From contig OZ281496.1 of the NCBI GenBank assembly GCA_965637545.1, forward strand, positions 27,032,001 through 27,096,000: a stretch of 64,000 nt of DNA, written 5' to 3'. Positions 47,384-61,100 of the stretch are shown piece after piece. Each line of letters opens with the position of its first letter. Position 1 is the stretch's first letter. The translations under genes were made by a program, and so were the position numbers. The DNA is from Phallusia mammillata (lineage: Eukaryota). Under the pieces are notes generated by a model. The model was given only the letters and a program-made list of their open reading frames with translations. It was not told the DNA's origin and did no database searches.

Positions 47384-48129
47384 GCTTATGTTTTCACATG
47401 CAGAAAACCATGGGGTACCATACAGTGTTTGGTACCAGCCTTTAGCAACCACGTGTGTTTGTGATGAAAAACAATGGTTACATCATTTCGAACGAAGCAC
47501 AAAAAATAATCTTAAGTGCCCGACTGTCAATAAAGTGAACTCCATGCCTTAGTAATCAATTGTTTGTTTGTGGTCGGACAGGCAATAGTTACATCTAACG
47601 TATAAGGATACAGGAACACACACTAGCGTTTCTCATTACAATCGTTCGCCACCTCGTCAAGACATCAAGCAAACAGCGTTGTCTCAACCTTGCTAACCGC
47701 CAATGTGTCCAATGCAATTAAATCAGAGGTTGGCAAACATTGGGTTTACGCGCGGTACGGCCGATATTTACGTCACTGTTCTGGATATACTATTGACTGG
47801 CCGTCATTAGCCAAGTAACGAGGCATTTGACATCGGTTTCGGCCTGTCAGACAGTATCAAAACAAGACAATAGGCTCCCGGCCGGAGAAAAGCCACTCCT
47901 TGGCTATTATTTATCAAACAAGCGAATACTGGCGTCAAGGCAAAGCGTTGCTATACGGATCGCACCAACAAACTTTTGTATGCCAAATACGGTGTCCACC
48001 CTTTCTCTTCAAAGCAGCAAGTATTATATAAAGCAAGATGCAGAATGGTTTCAAGCAGAACATTCGCAGCAATCGAAGCAAACGCAAGTACGTCCAAGAC
48101 AAGCGAAGAACAACATTTTTCCGAAAATC

Positions 48130-50818
48130 ATGACTTCAGTATACTTTGCCCTATTGGCTGTCTTGTGTAAGTTGCAATTTTTATCCTTTTTAAAATTTTA
48201 AGTGAAGACATTATGAAACTGGACTGTGATGTTCAAACTTGTTTTGCAGCATTTTCTGTATCCGTTAATGCTCATGGCAGACTTCTTCAACCACCCAGTA
48301 GATCTAGTATGTGGCGGTATAAAGATACCGATGAAATGTTGATACCTTACTCCGATAAAATACAATCCAACTATCAAGACAACGAACTAAACTGCGGCGG
48401 CAGAGCGGTAAACTAAAACTTTGTTTTAAAATTATTTAAGGCGCGTTTGAACGTATGGCTCGGTGTAAAAAGACCATCTTTTTGTAACTCTTTCACATGT
48501 AAATGGTACTCTTTCTGTAGCGCATATAACGCCAGGCCCATTGAAGGCGTTCCATGATATAACTTAAATGTTTTTTTTGTATAGACATTAGTCAGTTGTT
48601 TTGTAAACGGTTCAAATTTTCATCTTAAAAACAGTTTAATAGCAATGAAATGAATTCTCCATGGTGATTCGTGAAATTGTTCTATATGTAATGTTTCAAT
48701 TTTTGTGCATTTTTCAGAACCAAATTGAGCAGGGAGGTAAATGCGGGGTGTGTGGCGACCCCTATAACTCTCCTGTAAAGGAAAACGAAGCGGGAGGAAA
48801 GTATGCTCTTGGGATTATTACAAGGTTTGTGCCGATTGCTCAAAACATTTTTTTGTAACTTAATTGTTGCATTTCTATTCATAAGCTGTTGCTGCCAGTC
48901 ACAATAGACAACCTTTAAGAGCTCTTCTGGCAATTGTATTTCTGGTTAAGCAACCTGTTTAGGACGTCGAAACGTCGGCAAAAATGAAATTGCCCGAAGA
49001 ACCCAAAAGGGTTGTCGCATTAATGTTGATTTGAATTTTTTCGCATTAAAAAATGGTAACGGTAAAATAAACTTCGTTTTCTGTTCTAGAAACTTTGAAA
49101 TGGGACAAACTATCGACGTTACTGTGGAAATAACGGCTGAACACAAAGGTTTCTTTGAATTTCGTCTGTGTCCCTGGAACGACGTTGATGCTCCTATTAC
49201 GCAAGAATGCTTAGACAGGTAACTAAAGTTCATCATACGACTTTGCGCAAAATCACAAATTTGTTTTTTGACGACGAGTTCGAAAACCTGTAGCGAATCT
49301 CGATCTCCCTCGCCTGGAAGCTTGCAGTCATATTTGGCCAATTGATAATTGTTTCTTGATACAAACTGCAACGACGTTCTGCACAGACCTTTTGTAATCA
49401 AATAAGTATAATTGCAGCTGTTTCATAACAGATGAATGTCAGCCGGTTTTATCACAAAAGTCATATTTTTAGCCGGTGTTGTTGCAAAAAGTCTATTGAC
49501 ATTAACCAGTAATGTTGACCGGTTCGCTGATCCCATAATGTTTCGTGAGACGTTTCTAGAACTGGTGCAAACAGCTGAATCCCACCACTGGATGAATGTC
49601 ATTTGTCCCGTTTAAATGTTATATCCCCTCAAGCAAGCATTGTGTTACTAATCCAATGAATTAATATGTGTTTTGTTTGACTTCCAGGTATTTGCTTGAA
49701 GTCAATGGGGCCCTTAGCTGGAATCTGCCTGAGGATCCTGAGTTAGCCCAGGCCACGCATAACCTTGCAGTCAAGCTCCCTGCTGATGTCACTTGTGAGC
49801 AGTGCGTTCTCCAGTGGCGATACCACACAGGTGTGAATCCTTGTCATGTAAACTGAAAATAAAACCTACACCAATAAAATCATAAGTTAGTACGTGGGCA
49901 GGTGGCCGAACAGTCCAGGGCGCCTAACCCACAGACAGACATAAAAAAACTGATCAGAATTCGTCCTCGGGAGCTTCTTTGTTCGAACTATGTGAAAAAA
50001 GTCATTGTTCGCCAGGGCTATCACCGGCCAACAATACTATGTCAAGTTACTTGAAATGTGCCTATAAAATTATTGCTTTGTTGCAGGCAATTCTTGGGGC
50101 AAAGATGAAAACGGCGAAGGTCTTGGCTATGGAGACCAAGAAGAATTCTATGGTTGCTCTGATTTCGCCATCCAGAGCGATGGTTTAGTACCTCTGGCAA
50201 CTACAACTGTATCCAACAACGCTGTTACTAAATCTACTACGGAGGCGCCTGTTACCACGACGACCGAAACGTCATCTGACGCAACCGTTACCACGACAAC
50301 GACCGTGCCACCACCAACCACGACAACTATGGCCAGACCTGAAATGTCTGAACCAGCTCCAGGTAAAAACTGGGAAAATGTCTTTTTGCAATTTTCAATA
50401 GCAGTAAACCATAAACTTCAAACGGAATCGTCTTTATCTTAGTTTGTAAGCTTTAAAACTTGGAATAAAGAGTTTTTTTGGTTTCATAATGTCGTTTTAT
50501 AGTACTTTATAGTGACAACCAAAATAGCAAGATAGGATTGTGTGTTAAAGTCAAAGCAGCCTAGCCTAGCTACATTATGAGGAATTTGCAATCTGTGTGG
50601 TTCTAGTCAGTTATAATCCTTTTTTTGCAGAAATTGACTGCGCGACAGCAACACTCGGCCAACCATTCTTCCGTGATTGTCACTCGTTCTATATATGCGC
50701 CCATGAAAATCAGCACCCGTTTGAATTTCTATGCGCAGAAGGCACTGTTTGTGATTTCGATGGAAGATGCAAGCACCTTTGGGATGTCTCCTACCCTTGC
50801 GGAGAAAAGAAACTGTAA
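48130..50818 (+). CDS. AA15-type LPMO 1: signal peptide, catalytic domain, Thr-rich linker, CBM14-like domain; 7 exons
   Basis: MTSVYFALLAVL/SFSVSVNA then His1 in HGRLLQPPSRSSMWR. Also GKCGVCGDP, second His in ITAEHKGFFEFRLC, CEQCVLQWRYHTG, GDQEEFYGCSD, Thr-rich linker, and a final Cys-rich exon 50630-50818. Confidence 0.9.
49439..49590. mobile_element. Left-truncated family A MITE in an LPMO1 intron
   Basis: Body matches 10640-10828. Right TIR ATCCCACCACTG is present and the left TIR is missing. GATGAATGTC occurs on both sides. Confidence 0.75.
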
Positions 50819-52131
50819 TAGTGTTTGCTGCTTTATTGTTTATATTCAAAAGTTGATTAAAATGTGTATTTTTGTTTCGTATTTCAATTGCAGTAGTTTG
50901 CCTGTTACGTAGACTCACCATATCTTCACTAGATTGTGCATGTACCTCTATTTAACATTTAAACGTATAGGTTTCTAATTTTTAGTTGTAGCTTTTGTAT
51001 TATAGCTTGTTTGTATTTCGTAGTTGCCTATTCTATGCTTCTTTGAAAATGTTGTTGGAGTTTTGCAGTTTGATTATTTTGATCTGTGGTGTCAAAGTTT
51101 ATTTTGTTTATGTGTGCAGTTTGTTTATGTGTGCAGTTTGTTAATGTGTGCACAAACAAAAGCGTATTTAAGTATGTTGATTTCACACAAAAATACATAC
51201 TATTTATGAGAAAAGTCTTGTTTTGTTAAAAGTTTGTGTTAACATTTCATCCATTACAATTTTGAAAATGAATTTAAATTAATAAACAAAAAAAAATATT
51301 GGAGAGTCACGGAAAAATTGTGCTTTTTTTAGTTTGTGCATTTCGAGAGAAAAAATGTCGACAAAGGCGCGGCAGCGTGTTAAAAAGTTTGAAATCATAA
51401 ATAATGTCAAAAAAGAAGCGAATAAGTTTCACTGTGTATATTGTATGACTAAAGCAATGAGTTAATAAAATCACATGCACGGATAACACAGTTGGATAAT
51501 GTTACAAGTAGCGAAAAGAAAGAATTTGTTTACACCACTTTTTTAACAAATCTGCTAGAAAACATGTTGTTTTGTGTGGTTTGGTATATTAAACATGTGT
51601 ATTTTCTAAACTCCTTATGTTTCTGTTTTTAGCACTTTTACCTTAACATAGTAACTACAAATACTGGAAAACGCTACTAAACGGAAATGTCCAACAATCT
51701 GAATTTATGGACCAAATGTGTCAGACTTTTTGCTAAAAAATGGAAACTGTGCATATCAGCTTTGTATTCATCTAAACTTGGTGGGAAACTCTTTACTTAT
51801 TTGTGTGTAGTAATTATGATACTGTATTAGTCAAATATAATATATACCTTTAGTAACTTTAGTTTGGGCAAGTAACACTACAGAGACAATGTAACACTAT
51901 GCCTGTAAATTGTTCTATGAAGCAGAAGATTGGCCGGATAAAAAATTGTCATGATTGTATTACGGATTTTGATATTGTCTGATTTGGATACAAAAAGCCA
52001 CAGTCTACAATGATCACATGATAACCAAAAAATTATCAAGAATATGTATGATATTGATGGAAGGTTGCTTATATAAATTGTTTTTAATGCAGATATGTAA
52101 AATAATTTCCATTGTATTTAGTTACTTTGTA

Positions 52132-55100
52132 TTAAAACTTTCTGTTTGGATCCATGTTGCCACACGGTGGAGGCACCATAAATGCATGAACGCATCGGCC
52201 ATTGCTTGCACACACAGTCCCTTGTGGGCAATCAAATATATATGGATTTGGATGGGCAAACACACATCGGTAGAATGAAGTGCAAGTGTAGAAGTACACC
52301 TGCCCAGAAACTGCCTTTGAACAATCGATCACTAAACAAGTAAGTATTTGTATTAGAAAAAAAAACCTTTAAAAAACACTCATTGAAAAAAAGTGTAGCA
52401 CTCTATTACAAGAAAAGCCACTTGCACACAACAGTTTTGCTAAAGTGGCTTTTCATCCCATTAGGTTAGTTTGACTTTGAAGTCCTTACAGACAGTTAGT
52501 TTAGTGTAAAATTGATTTTGTCCTAATAATAGGCTAGTTTTAGGTTTATACTGAAATTACATTGATGTATATAATTCAGAGTTGTGAAGAAAAAAACATA
52601 ATGGTTCAACAATCCCTATGTCATTTTCATTTGAGTAACATCAATCTTTTTTAAAAATATATTGACTTGTCTGTTTCTTGTCAGAACTATATTTATATGA
52701 CATATTGTATCATATGTTTATATATATATATATATGTACTTGTTTACCTGGTGGACTTGGTGCTGCAGGTTTAGTTGTAGTTGGTGCTGGAGTTACAGCA
52801 GTGCTGGTTGCTGGAGGCATGTATGTGCTGGGTTCTGGAGGTGTATATGTGCTGGGTGTTGGAGGCTTGTATGTAGTGGGTTGCACATTTGTAGTTGTTG
52901 ATGGTTGGGTGCTTGTCATATTTGATTGTGTTGTTAGTGTGGAGGTTTCAGGTTGAGTAGTGGTGCTTTGAGGACGGTTACCAGCATTGTTGGCTTGAAT
53001 TGCAATGTCAGAGCAGCCATAGAACTCTTCCTGGTGTCCATATCCCAAACCTTCACCCTCTTCATCGACACCCCAAGAGTTGCCTATACAAATTGCCAAA
53101 GGTTGATTTAGGAGTCACCCACAAATAGGCTGCTCACTGAATGCAATAAGCCAATTTCTTTAATCACTCCTAAGCAGATTAATACTACTGTATAATAAAT
53201 CAGGCATAGATCCATCTAAGATTTTTATTGTGCAACTACATTGATTTTGGTCCAATCTTTATTAGTATGTCTACATGATAAGCATGAAGCTAAGTTTTAA
53301 ACATTCCCAACTTTGGACAAGGTCACTCAGTACTAAACACAAGGTCACTCAGTACTAATTATTGCCTGTTAAATATTGCGAAAAAATGCTTACCAGCATG
53401 ATACTTCCACTGAAAAACGCACTGCTCACAAAGAACATCATATGGCAAAATGACTTGAAAATCGTGAATGCCCACAGCCGCTGTACGGTTAGTGGGAAGA
53501 TACCACCTAATGGTGCCGTCAATAAGTCGAAGTTGTCGCCTTGAGAGATTGAACGTAAATATAGTTATGTCATATGACTGAAATCTTTGTTTGTTTTTCT
53601 GTTGTGTCAAAAACTCTTGGATGATTATTTGACCCATTGTTACCTGTTGAGGCATTCGTGTGTAACGGGGTTAGTGATGTTATTCCACGGGCAAAGGCGA
53701 AACTCCATGTAGCCTTTATGTTCTGCGGTGATTTCCACCTTAACGTTGATTACTTGTCCACGGTTATAAATCCTTCAAAATATTTGAACAAATTTACATC
53801 AAGGGTGCGCAACCTTTTTACTATGACGACCGCATTGCACAGTGGCCTCCCGGTGTCTCCTTGTACATATATATCATCTAATGGCGCCTTAAAATCCCAG
53901 ATTATCTTCTAACATGATCCACAAGTTGAACTGTCTGGAGAACAGTCTTAAGGTACACCATCGTTTGTTGTGACATTTGTGGTGTTTTTTTTCGCATTGT
54001 TGTCCATAATGTGCTTTAAAGAAAATTTGACGCGTATCGGGCTCTTTCCAGTCCCACAAACTCTATTTAGACCAGTTTTGAAAAACAAATATGTAGCAAA
54101 AGAGTTTTATTTACGTCACGGTCGCCAGTACGTGTATTTTAATTTTTAGTATACATGTTCACGGCCTACTAATTTCGTCTCCGCGGCCGCGGGTTGTGTA
54201 CGCTTTCCTTCTGTAACTGGCGATTTCCGGCAGTGATTATGTAACAGTTTTTGTTGAATCATGTCGTGATTTGGGGCTGCTGGCGAAATACGTACGTATT
54301 TGACGACACATAAGCCCCATCCTAGTTTTTCGTCACCATATAGCATAAGATAACACTGAAGTCGCAAATGATTGGTTTTTTTTAACATTTTCTACTTTTA
54401 GCCTTTTATGCACAACTCAAGCGTGAAACGCTTTAGAGCCACTGTTCTTTTATGTGAAACCTGGTTACTTTAACAGGCGTATAGTGTTAATAGTATTTCA
54501 ATATTCTCGGTATATATGGTTTTAGGGGTTTCCTGTGAGACATTAATTGGGCTGTAACTCAACGTTCAGATATAAATATCATCAAAAACTCACCTGGTTA
54601 TAATTCCAAGTGCGTAAATTCCGCCAGCTTCATTGGGTTTTACGGGATCAGCCCAGTTATCTCCACACACTCCACATTTGCCACCGTTCTCCTGCTGGAC
54701 CTGCGGTACCAAATCTCTAATGAAAATAACTACTTTACTATAGGTAAAAGTTTTACTGTTTGTTGCTGCATGTTGAGTTATATAAACACTAACTCTTTGG
54801 TAATTTTGTATTTATTAAAAGCACACTCGCTACAAATTGTCAAACAAACATGCAAGCGCACCCTTACCCAGTAGCCACCACAATACAGTTGATGGTCGCG
54901 TTTATTTTGTACAATAATATTAGCGTACGGGATTAGCATCGGGTCTTCGTACTTGAAGCGCCACAGACTTGACCGACCTGGTGGTTCCAGAAGTCTTCCA
55001 TGGCCGCTTGTGCCCGCTACCAAAACTGCGAAATAATTATCCGATTTGCTATTTTATTAGGGCAATGGTAAAATTAGAATCTTAAACTGTTTTTTTTTGC

Positions 55101-55327
55101 ATCAAATGGCTACGGTCTTTATTGCAATTGATTTAAAATAGTTTTCCTTTTAACCAATATTAGGCATTATTATTATGGGTTTGCCCGTTTTTGCACGGTA
55201 ACCAATACGCTTGCGTTTCGTTTTTTATTTTTATTCTGTGCGCATTGTAACCTTAATTAAACTGTAAGTTGGTACATCTTCAACTGTCAACAAACTTACC
55301 CACTAAGACAAAAACCGACAAGAACAT
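52132..55327 (-). CDS. AA15-type LPMO 2 with linker and CBM14-like domain
   Basis: MFLSVFVLV/VLVAGTSG then HGRLLEPPGRSSLWR. Also GKCGVCGDNW, ITAEHKGYMEFRLC, CEQCVFQWKYHAG, GHQEEFYGCSD, a Thr/Pro linker, and the Cys-rich last exon in ORF 52132..52332. Same exon layout as LPMO1. Confidence 0.9.
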
Positions 55328-56092
55328 TCTTGCCATCAATAATACCTAATTGTAATGAATTCATGCTGACCGTTGCTTATTATACGCAGGATCTGAGATT
55401 TTTAGCACGAAAAAGGAACGTTTAAGAGAAAATTGAAACGAATACTGCGAAAATAAATGCTTACTTTTGTCGTGAAAGTTTAAATGTCTCATGCTCTTCT
55501 CCCTTTGTCACGTGTTACGCAGCAACCTTTGACACGACTGACCTACCAGGCCAACTTTGTTGCCAAATTCCACGAGTTGACAAATATTCCTGTGTATTTT
55601 TACAGGCTAACACACAAAACGCTTATTGGCCTGAAAAAAAACTTTTGTCAGTTTTTTAACCTTTATATTTGGCCTTTATATCCAGTTGAAATTTTTTGTT
55701 GGCCTGAAAAATTAAGTGTGCTAAATTACAAAGATTTTATTCTTTTTTTGTACTGTAATGTTTTAAATGTTGTGGCCCTAACCTACCTACGTCCATTTTG
55801 TCTGTACAAAGTTCTAAACTTAAAAAAAAGTTGTGCTCCTGTTAAAATCGTTTTTTTTACAGATTTTTCCTGGCCTCGGGGATTTCACAAACTATGATCA
55901 AGTGTGGCCTAATTGGTAAAATGAATGAGATATATGGAATAGTCCTTTCAGCAACATCAACAGTGTAAAGTCACGATACAGGTAATGGCAACATCCTGAT
56001 TATTTTAATAGGATTCCTACGCACTCGGAAAAGTGCAAAATTCGGTTTTGTTGCCATTGACCACAACGCAATTCCACAAGTAAGGTAAGTTA

Positions 56093-56144
56093 AGCTGCAG
56101 ACAGTGCACACTGTTTCGACCTATAAGGTCTCATCAGTGCAGCT
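56093..56144 (-). ncRNA. Type I hammerhead ribozyme
   Basis: Minus strand reads AGCUGCA-CUGAUGA-GACCU(UAU)AGGUC-GAAA-CAGU(GUGC)ACUG-UC/UGCAGCU. All core nucleotides are present, with a 7-bp stem I, 5-bp stem II, 5-bp stem III and a GUC cleavage triplet (C17 = 56100). Confidence 0.92.
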
Positions 56145-56463
56145 GGTGACGAGAGATCGGCCGCATTGGCTATAGTGTAGCCCTCCAACGGCACTCCAGT
56201 TTGTTGGGAGCAGCAGGGTACAACCCCATGCATCACCTAGTTTGTGCGATGCCACAACTGGGCATACAGCACAGATGAAACTGGCTCACAATGGCCAAGC
56301 AACTGCTTGGGAACCACAGTGAAGTCGGCTCAGTGTCACAGTATAAATGTAAAAGCATGTGAGCCAATAAATGATAAGCAGCAGACAGTGCACTGTCTTT
56401 TTATAGGTCGAAACAGTGTGCACTGTCTGCAGCTTATCATTTATTGGCTCACATGCTTTTACA
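56093..56463 (-). mobile_element. Retrozyme / Penelope-associated non-autonomous retroelement with a hammerhead ribozyme
   Basis: Flanked by the 12-bp direct repeat TAAGGTAAGTTA (56081-56092, 56464-56475). One complete hammerhead plus a second cleavage-site remnant at 56384 define a 284-nt monomer. An inverted partial copy lies at 56400-56463. Confidence 0.8.
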
Positions 56464-58132
56464 TAAGGTAAGTTATATATCTATATATGTATGTCCAAGT
56501 GCTGCCTCTTGTTGGAATACTTCTTCAATGGAAATTCAAAATGACACAAATTTGTTGCCGTCAGGACCAAAGTTTGGAAACTGCAACACAATGCCAACCA
56601 AGAAAGTTGTAAAATAAAGGTATAGCGATTAAACAGTGGTATCGGCTCGGTTAATCGCTACCTAAATAAAATAGTCACTAAAAGGACAGGCAAGATATAG
56701 CCTACAGGTCAATTGCACTACCTGCTAAAATGTAACGAGACAGTTTTGTAAACAAGTCGCAAAGGTGGATCTGCTTGTCGAAGAAGTCCAAGTTAACGAT
56801 TTCTGTTATAAAGCATACAACACTTTGCTTTGATTACAAAAACCTGCAAACGACAGATTGAAGGTGTTTATGTGTTCGACCATAATATAGGGTGTGTCAT
56901 TCGGTTGTCACTGTTGTGGGTTTAAACTTAAAACCACAACTTCAGCTTTAAAGCGTTCGTTGGACGAACGATTTTGCAAGTTGAGCATAAAAAACATAAC
57001 ATGGAACGTCTGTGCAGCTGTGTAGTCTATAGGTGCACTATATTCCATAAATAAAAAAAGTTTCTATCATAACTAGACCTACTACTTCAGAAGTTATGTG
57101 TTATTTAAATGGTGTTCGGTTCTCATTGTTCATATTATTCATAACCCAGGTATATCATGTAGTTTATCCATGATGACTTGTTTTTTTGTGCGACGATTTA
57201 TACATGTTCTATGATGAGGGTACTTTAGGCCTTTTTTGAAAAAGGTATATTCCTAAACACTAATAATGATTACTCTTTGCTTGTTACTGCATTACTGAAT
57301 CCATGTAGCCCTGTCTATGGGCGCTGTTAAAGTCCTTGTAGCACCGGGACATAAGGCTTAGTTCTAAATGACCGGTCTTTCATTTTAGTCGTTATACAAC
57401 AAGTGGAACTAACATGATTTTTTACGTTGTTTGAATACCGGAAAGAGGCGTTTTGGCTTATCACGGCTTCATCTGTGGTATTTCACGGTGTTTTGTGATC
57501 AATTTTAAACACCTGTTGACTTATTTATTCATCGTTTCAAAACAGTGCTTTTCGCAAAGGCGTCTGGCAGTTTGACCTGATTTTGTTCTGAAAAGGCTGT
57601 GCAATGCAATACTTTTTTGGCCTTGAAGGAATTTAATGTAGGCTACCCTATGGACTTACTTTAGTTTGGAATATTATTGTATAAGCAATAGCCTTGCTGG
57701 TTCTGTCTGTTCAATAGAACTTATAAGTTTGCTCTGGCAAATTTTTCACAAAAATTAGTAAACAACGACGAAATTGAATGTTGGGATTATATTTTTACAA
57801 ACTCAAATCAACAAACTTTGCATACGATGGTTGATAGACACAAACAATTTGTGACAATTAGATTTCAAATGCTTTTCAAACTACTGTCAAATCATACTTC
57901 GGACCTGTTAACTTTATGACTTTTGAAAGCAGGCCGTCAAAAACAAGCTTGCTAAAAACTGTTAAACTAGTTACCTACAATAAAAGTTCATGCTTAAAGT
58001 AAGCTTCATGAAGTGGTTAGCCAAGAACCTACCACAGACATTACTAAATGTTACACTATTGTGATGACATACGAAAACGCAAAGCTACATTATATATGTC
58101 TGGTAAATACAGTGGTATATGTTTGATGACGC

Positions 58133-61100
58133 CTAATGATTGACCCCACATTGCTTGATTGCGTATAGATGCTTACACAAGCCATTTTCACACTTAGTTC
58201 CTGCTGGACAATTGAAAACAAACGCTTTTGGGTGGCCAGCTACGCACCGGTAAAACTGGTTGCAGTTAAGACAGTAGAATGGTGAGAAAGCATAGCTCGA
58301 TTGACAGTCAATCTCTAAAAAATAAAAACACAAATTAATCAGTCCAACTTTACCTCTATAGCCCAGGCCCTAAGTGACTTGGTGTATTGTGCAGGAAGCT
58401 ATTGTTATCGACGGTTGGTGGGTAAATCTGTTTATTTTAGAACGTAAACCGTTTCTCCCACTTTTTACGAAATCTTTTAACCGAAAAATGGAAGAACAAT
58501 TGTTCAGGTTACACCAAATCTTTAGAAATTGTTTGTCTTGTTAACTACCTGGCATTATTTGAAGAAAAAATCTACCCCAAGTCTTTCTTTGCAAAGCAAT
58601 CTCGCAACAAGTCTACATAAAGTTTTTTTGGTAACAGGTAGATCTATGTTGCAAGCATGAGTGCGTGATGAACGAAGTAAATCAAATTGGGTTGTCGTTT
58701 TTCATTACCTAGGCATATTGAAACTTGCGCTTTTTATAGCTGCCCCCTAAGCACCTGAAATTTAATGGATGATTTAATTTAAACATAGGCTAGTTGTTTC
58801 TCATGCAACAGTTGGACCAAAAATCTTGGGATTATCAAGTATTGCGGGTGGAATACTTAACCACAGCCTATAAGCTTTGTGCACAAAAACGCTTACTGCC
58901 GGTTTTTAGGTGGCATGACGCTTCTCCGGTCAGCCGTAAATAAATACCAGCACACACCTGGTGGTTTTGCAGGTGCCGCGGTGATCGGTTGATTTGTCTG
59001 GGTTGTTGTGGGTCTGCGAGTCCTAGTCGTGGCTCTTGTGGTAGTAGGGGCCTGGGTAGTTGTAGTTGTCATAGGCGGTGGCTGAGTACTTGTCGTAGTT
59101 GCGCCGTCAGTGGGTTCTAACTCGTCGTCATCAACGATCATGATGTCAGAGCAAGCGTAAAACTCCTCCTGTGGTCCGCGACCAAGTCCACTAACGCCAT
59201 TTTCATCTGTTCCCCATGAATTGCCTACATTGTAAATAGACATTCAAACTCTTTATACCTTATAGGCCTATAGGTTCTGAAACGGTAAATGGGGCATATG
59301 GCTTATACGACCATTACACCTGAAATTAAATCATACCCTACACTGTAGGGCAGTGGTTCTCAAACTTTTTTGACCGCGACCCAAATCTGAGCTTTATGAA
59401 CATCTTGCGACCCAAGCCCAAAACAACAAAAATGTATTTTTTATTTTTGTATGAATAGTTATCATCCTTAAATGCTAACTGTTACTTTTCAAGTTCAGTT
59501 TCATATGATTAACCTCCTATAGCATTCCCCGTGCTAACGTGTTACAATCGCCGTGTGCGTAATAGAAAATTGGAAGGCTATGTCTGTATGTTATAATGAT
59601 TGGTTCATTTTGCTGTATAGCGTTGTCGAGTGAGGCTGTATTTGGCTACGGTGCTATCAAAACTCTCAGAAAACCACTTACTTATGCTGCAATACTCCAA
59701 GGTTACTAAGATAAAGCCACATAAAATGGCTATGATACAATAATTCAGTCATGACTGAGAATTGAAAATACTTAAAAAATGAAATGTAAAAAGTTCGTTT
59801 GGGCAGAATTGAATCACCACAGCGCGACCCATTTTGTGACCCTGCGCGACCCATGTTTGGGTCGCGACCCATACTTTAAGAACCACTGCTGTAGGGGCTA
59901 CAGCGTGTTTGGACGAAAATGGCAGTCTATATGACCAGATGTTTTCAAATAGGGTGTATTTACCTTCACTTGGTGCATCTTCTGGCTGAATACACGTTAG
60001 TAAATGTGTTCAAATTAGTGTGCTAAGGGAACTTAGGGTATTTATCTTTGAAATTTGTAATAGGAAAATAGGTTAAATAACATGTGCTGTAAAGAAAACC
60101 TGTTTTGTCGGGAATTGTTATATAGGCGAAGTAACACGAAACTTTACCTGTGTGATACCTCCACTGCAACACGCACTGTGTCTCGCATATCGCATCATCA
60201 GGAAGTTTAACTTTTAGGTCGTGTATACCGATGGCTCTCGGCGGAGGAGGCAAAAACCACCTTGTGTTTCCGTCCGCAAACCGCAACAAATGCCTAAAAA
60301 CATATGATCTTAACCCGCAACAATTCTAGAGTAGTTAAAGCTTTGTGTTTCATTCGTTTCTCAAGCACGTTTTCATGCATGGGGTCGCTTTTGGAGCACC
60401 CTTTTTTCGTGTTCATGGAGCGTTGAATGAATGCAGTTTTTGTAAATCACAGTTGAACAAAAAAACGTTCGATAAATGCAGATTTTTTTAAGTACAAGCT
60501 GTTCATGGGAAACTATTCAATTACAATGGCTTTTGATTGACCTTTAGCATATGGTTACCTGTTGAGACAATCGTGGGTGATAGGAGTTTTGAAATCGTCC
60601 CAAGGACAGAGTCTGAACTCGAAATATCCCTTGTGCTCAGCGGTTATCTGCACCTTGACGTCGATCAACTGTCCACGGTTGTAGATTCTGGAAAGAACGA
60701 TTTGGTTGTTAATGTTTGATGTGTTACGTAACGGACTTATAGATTCTCCAATTATCTACCGCAGTTAAAACTGTAGTGTGTTTAAATTAGCTGCCAAACC
60801 AGTTTTCAAGCAACCAGACAAAAAACTCTTGGCATTCACAGTTAATGTAATGGTTCAAATTAGTTACTTTTTTGGTTTAAATTGCTTAAATGGCCCAATT
60901 CGATTGCTGATTGAGATAAGAACGTGACTTTGTATTGTAGTGAAACTAAAGAAATAAAACTGTGATGGAAAAATTGTAGGTCAAAGGAACAAAATAAAAC
61001 TGAAGTATTCTATTTTAAAATGCAGCGAAGCTTATAAAAACCATGAGCTCGTTTTTTACTTGCCTCGCTATAACGCCTCGTGCGAACATGCCACCAGCTT

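Noticed and set aside
44300-48100. Hidden gene between sortilin and LPMO1
   Set aside because: The frames I translated gave no recognisable protein or coherent exon chain; only a MITE and CCAAT-like motifs were found.
53321-53358. 22-bp local duplication CAAGGTCACTCAGTACTAA
   Set aside because: Simple slippage-type duplication in an LPMO2 intron, with no further structure.
59960-59985. Possible micro-exon (CAG/CCAGAAGATGCACCAAGTGAAG/GT) in LPMO3
   Set aside because: 22 nt would shift the frame between two phase-compatible exons, and the LPMO4 counterpart lacks the acceptor.
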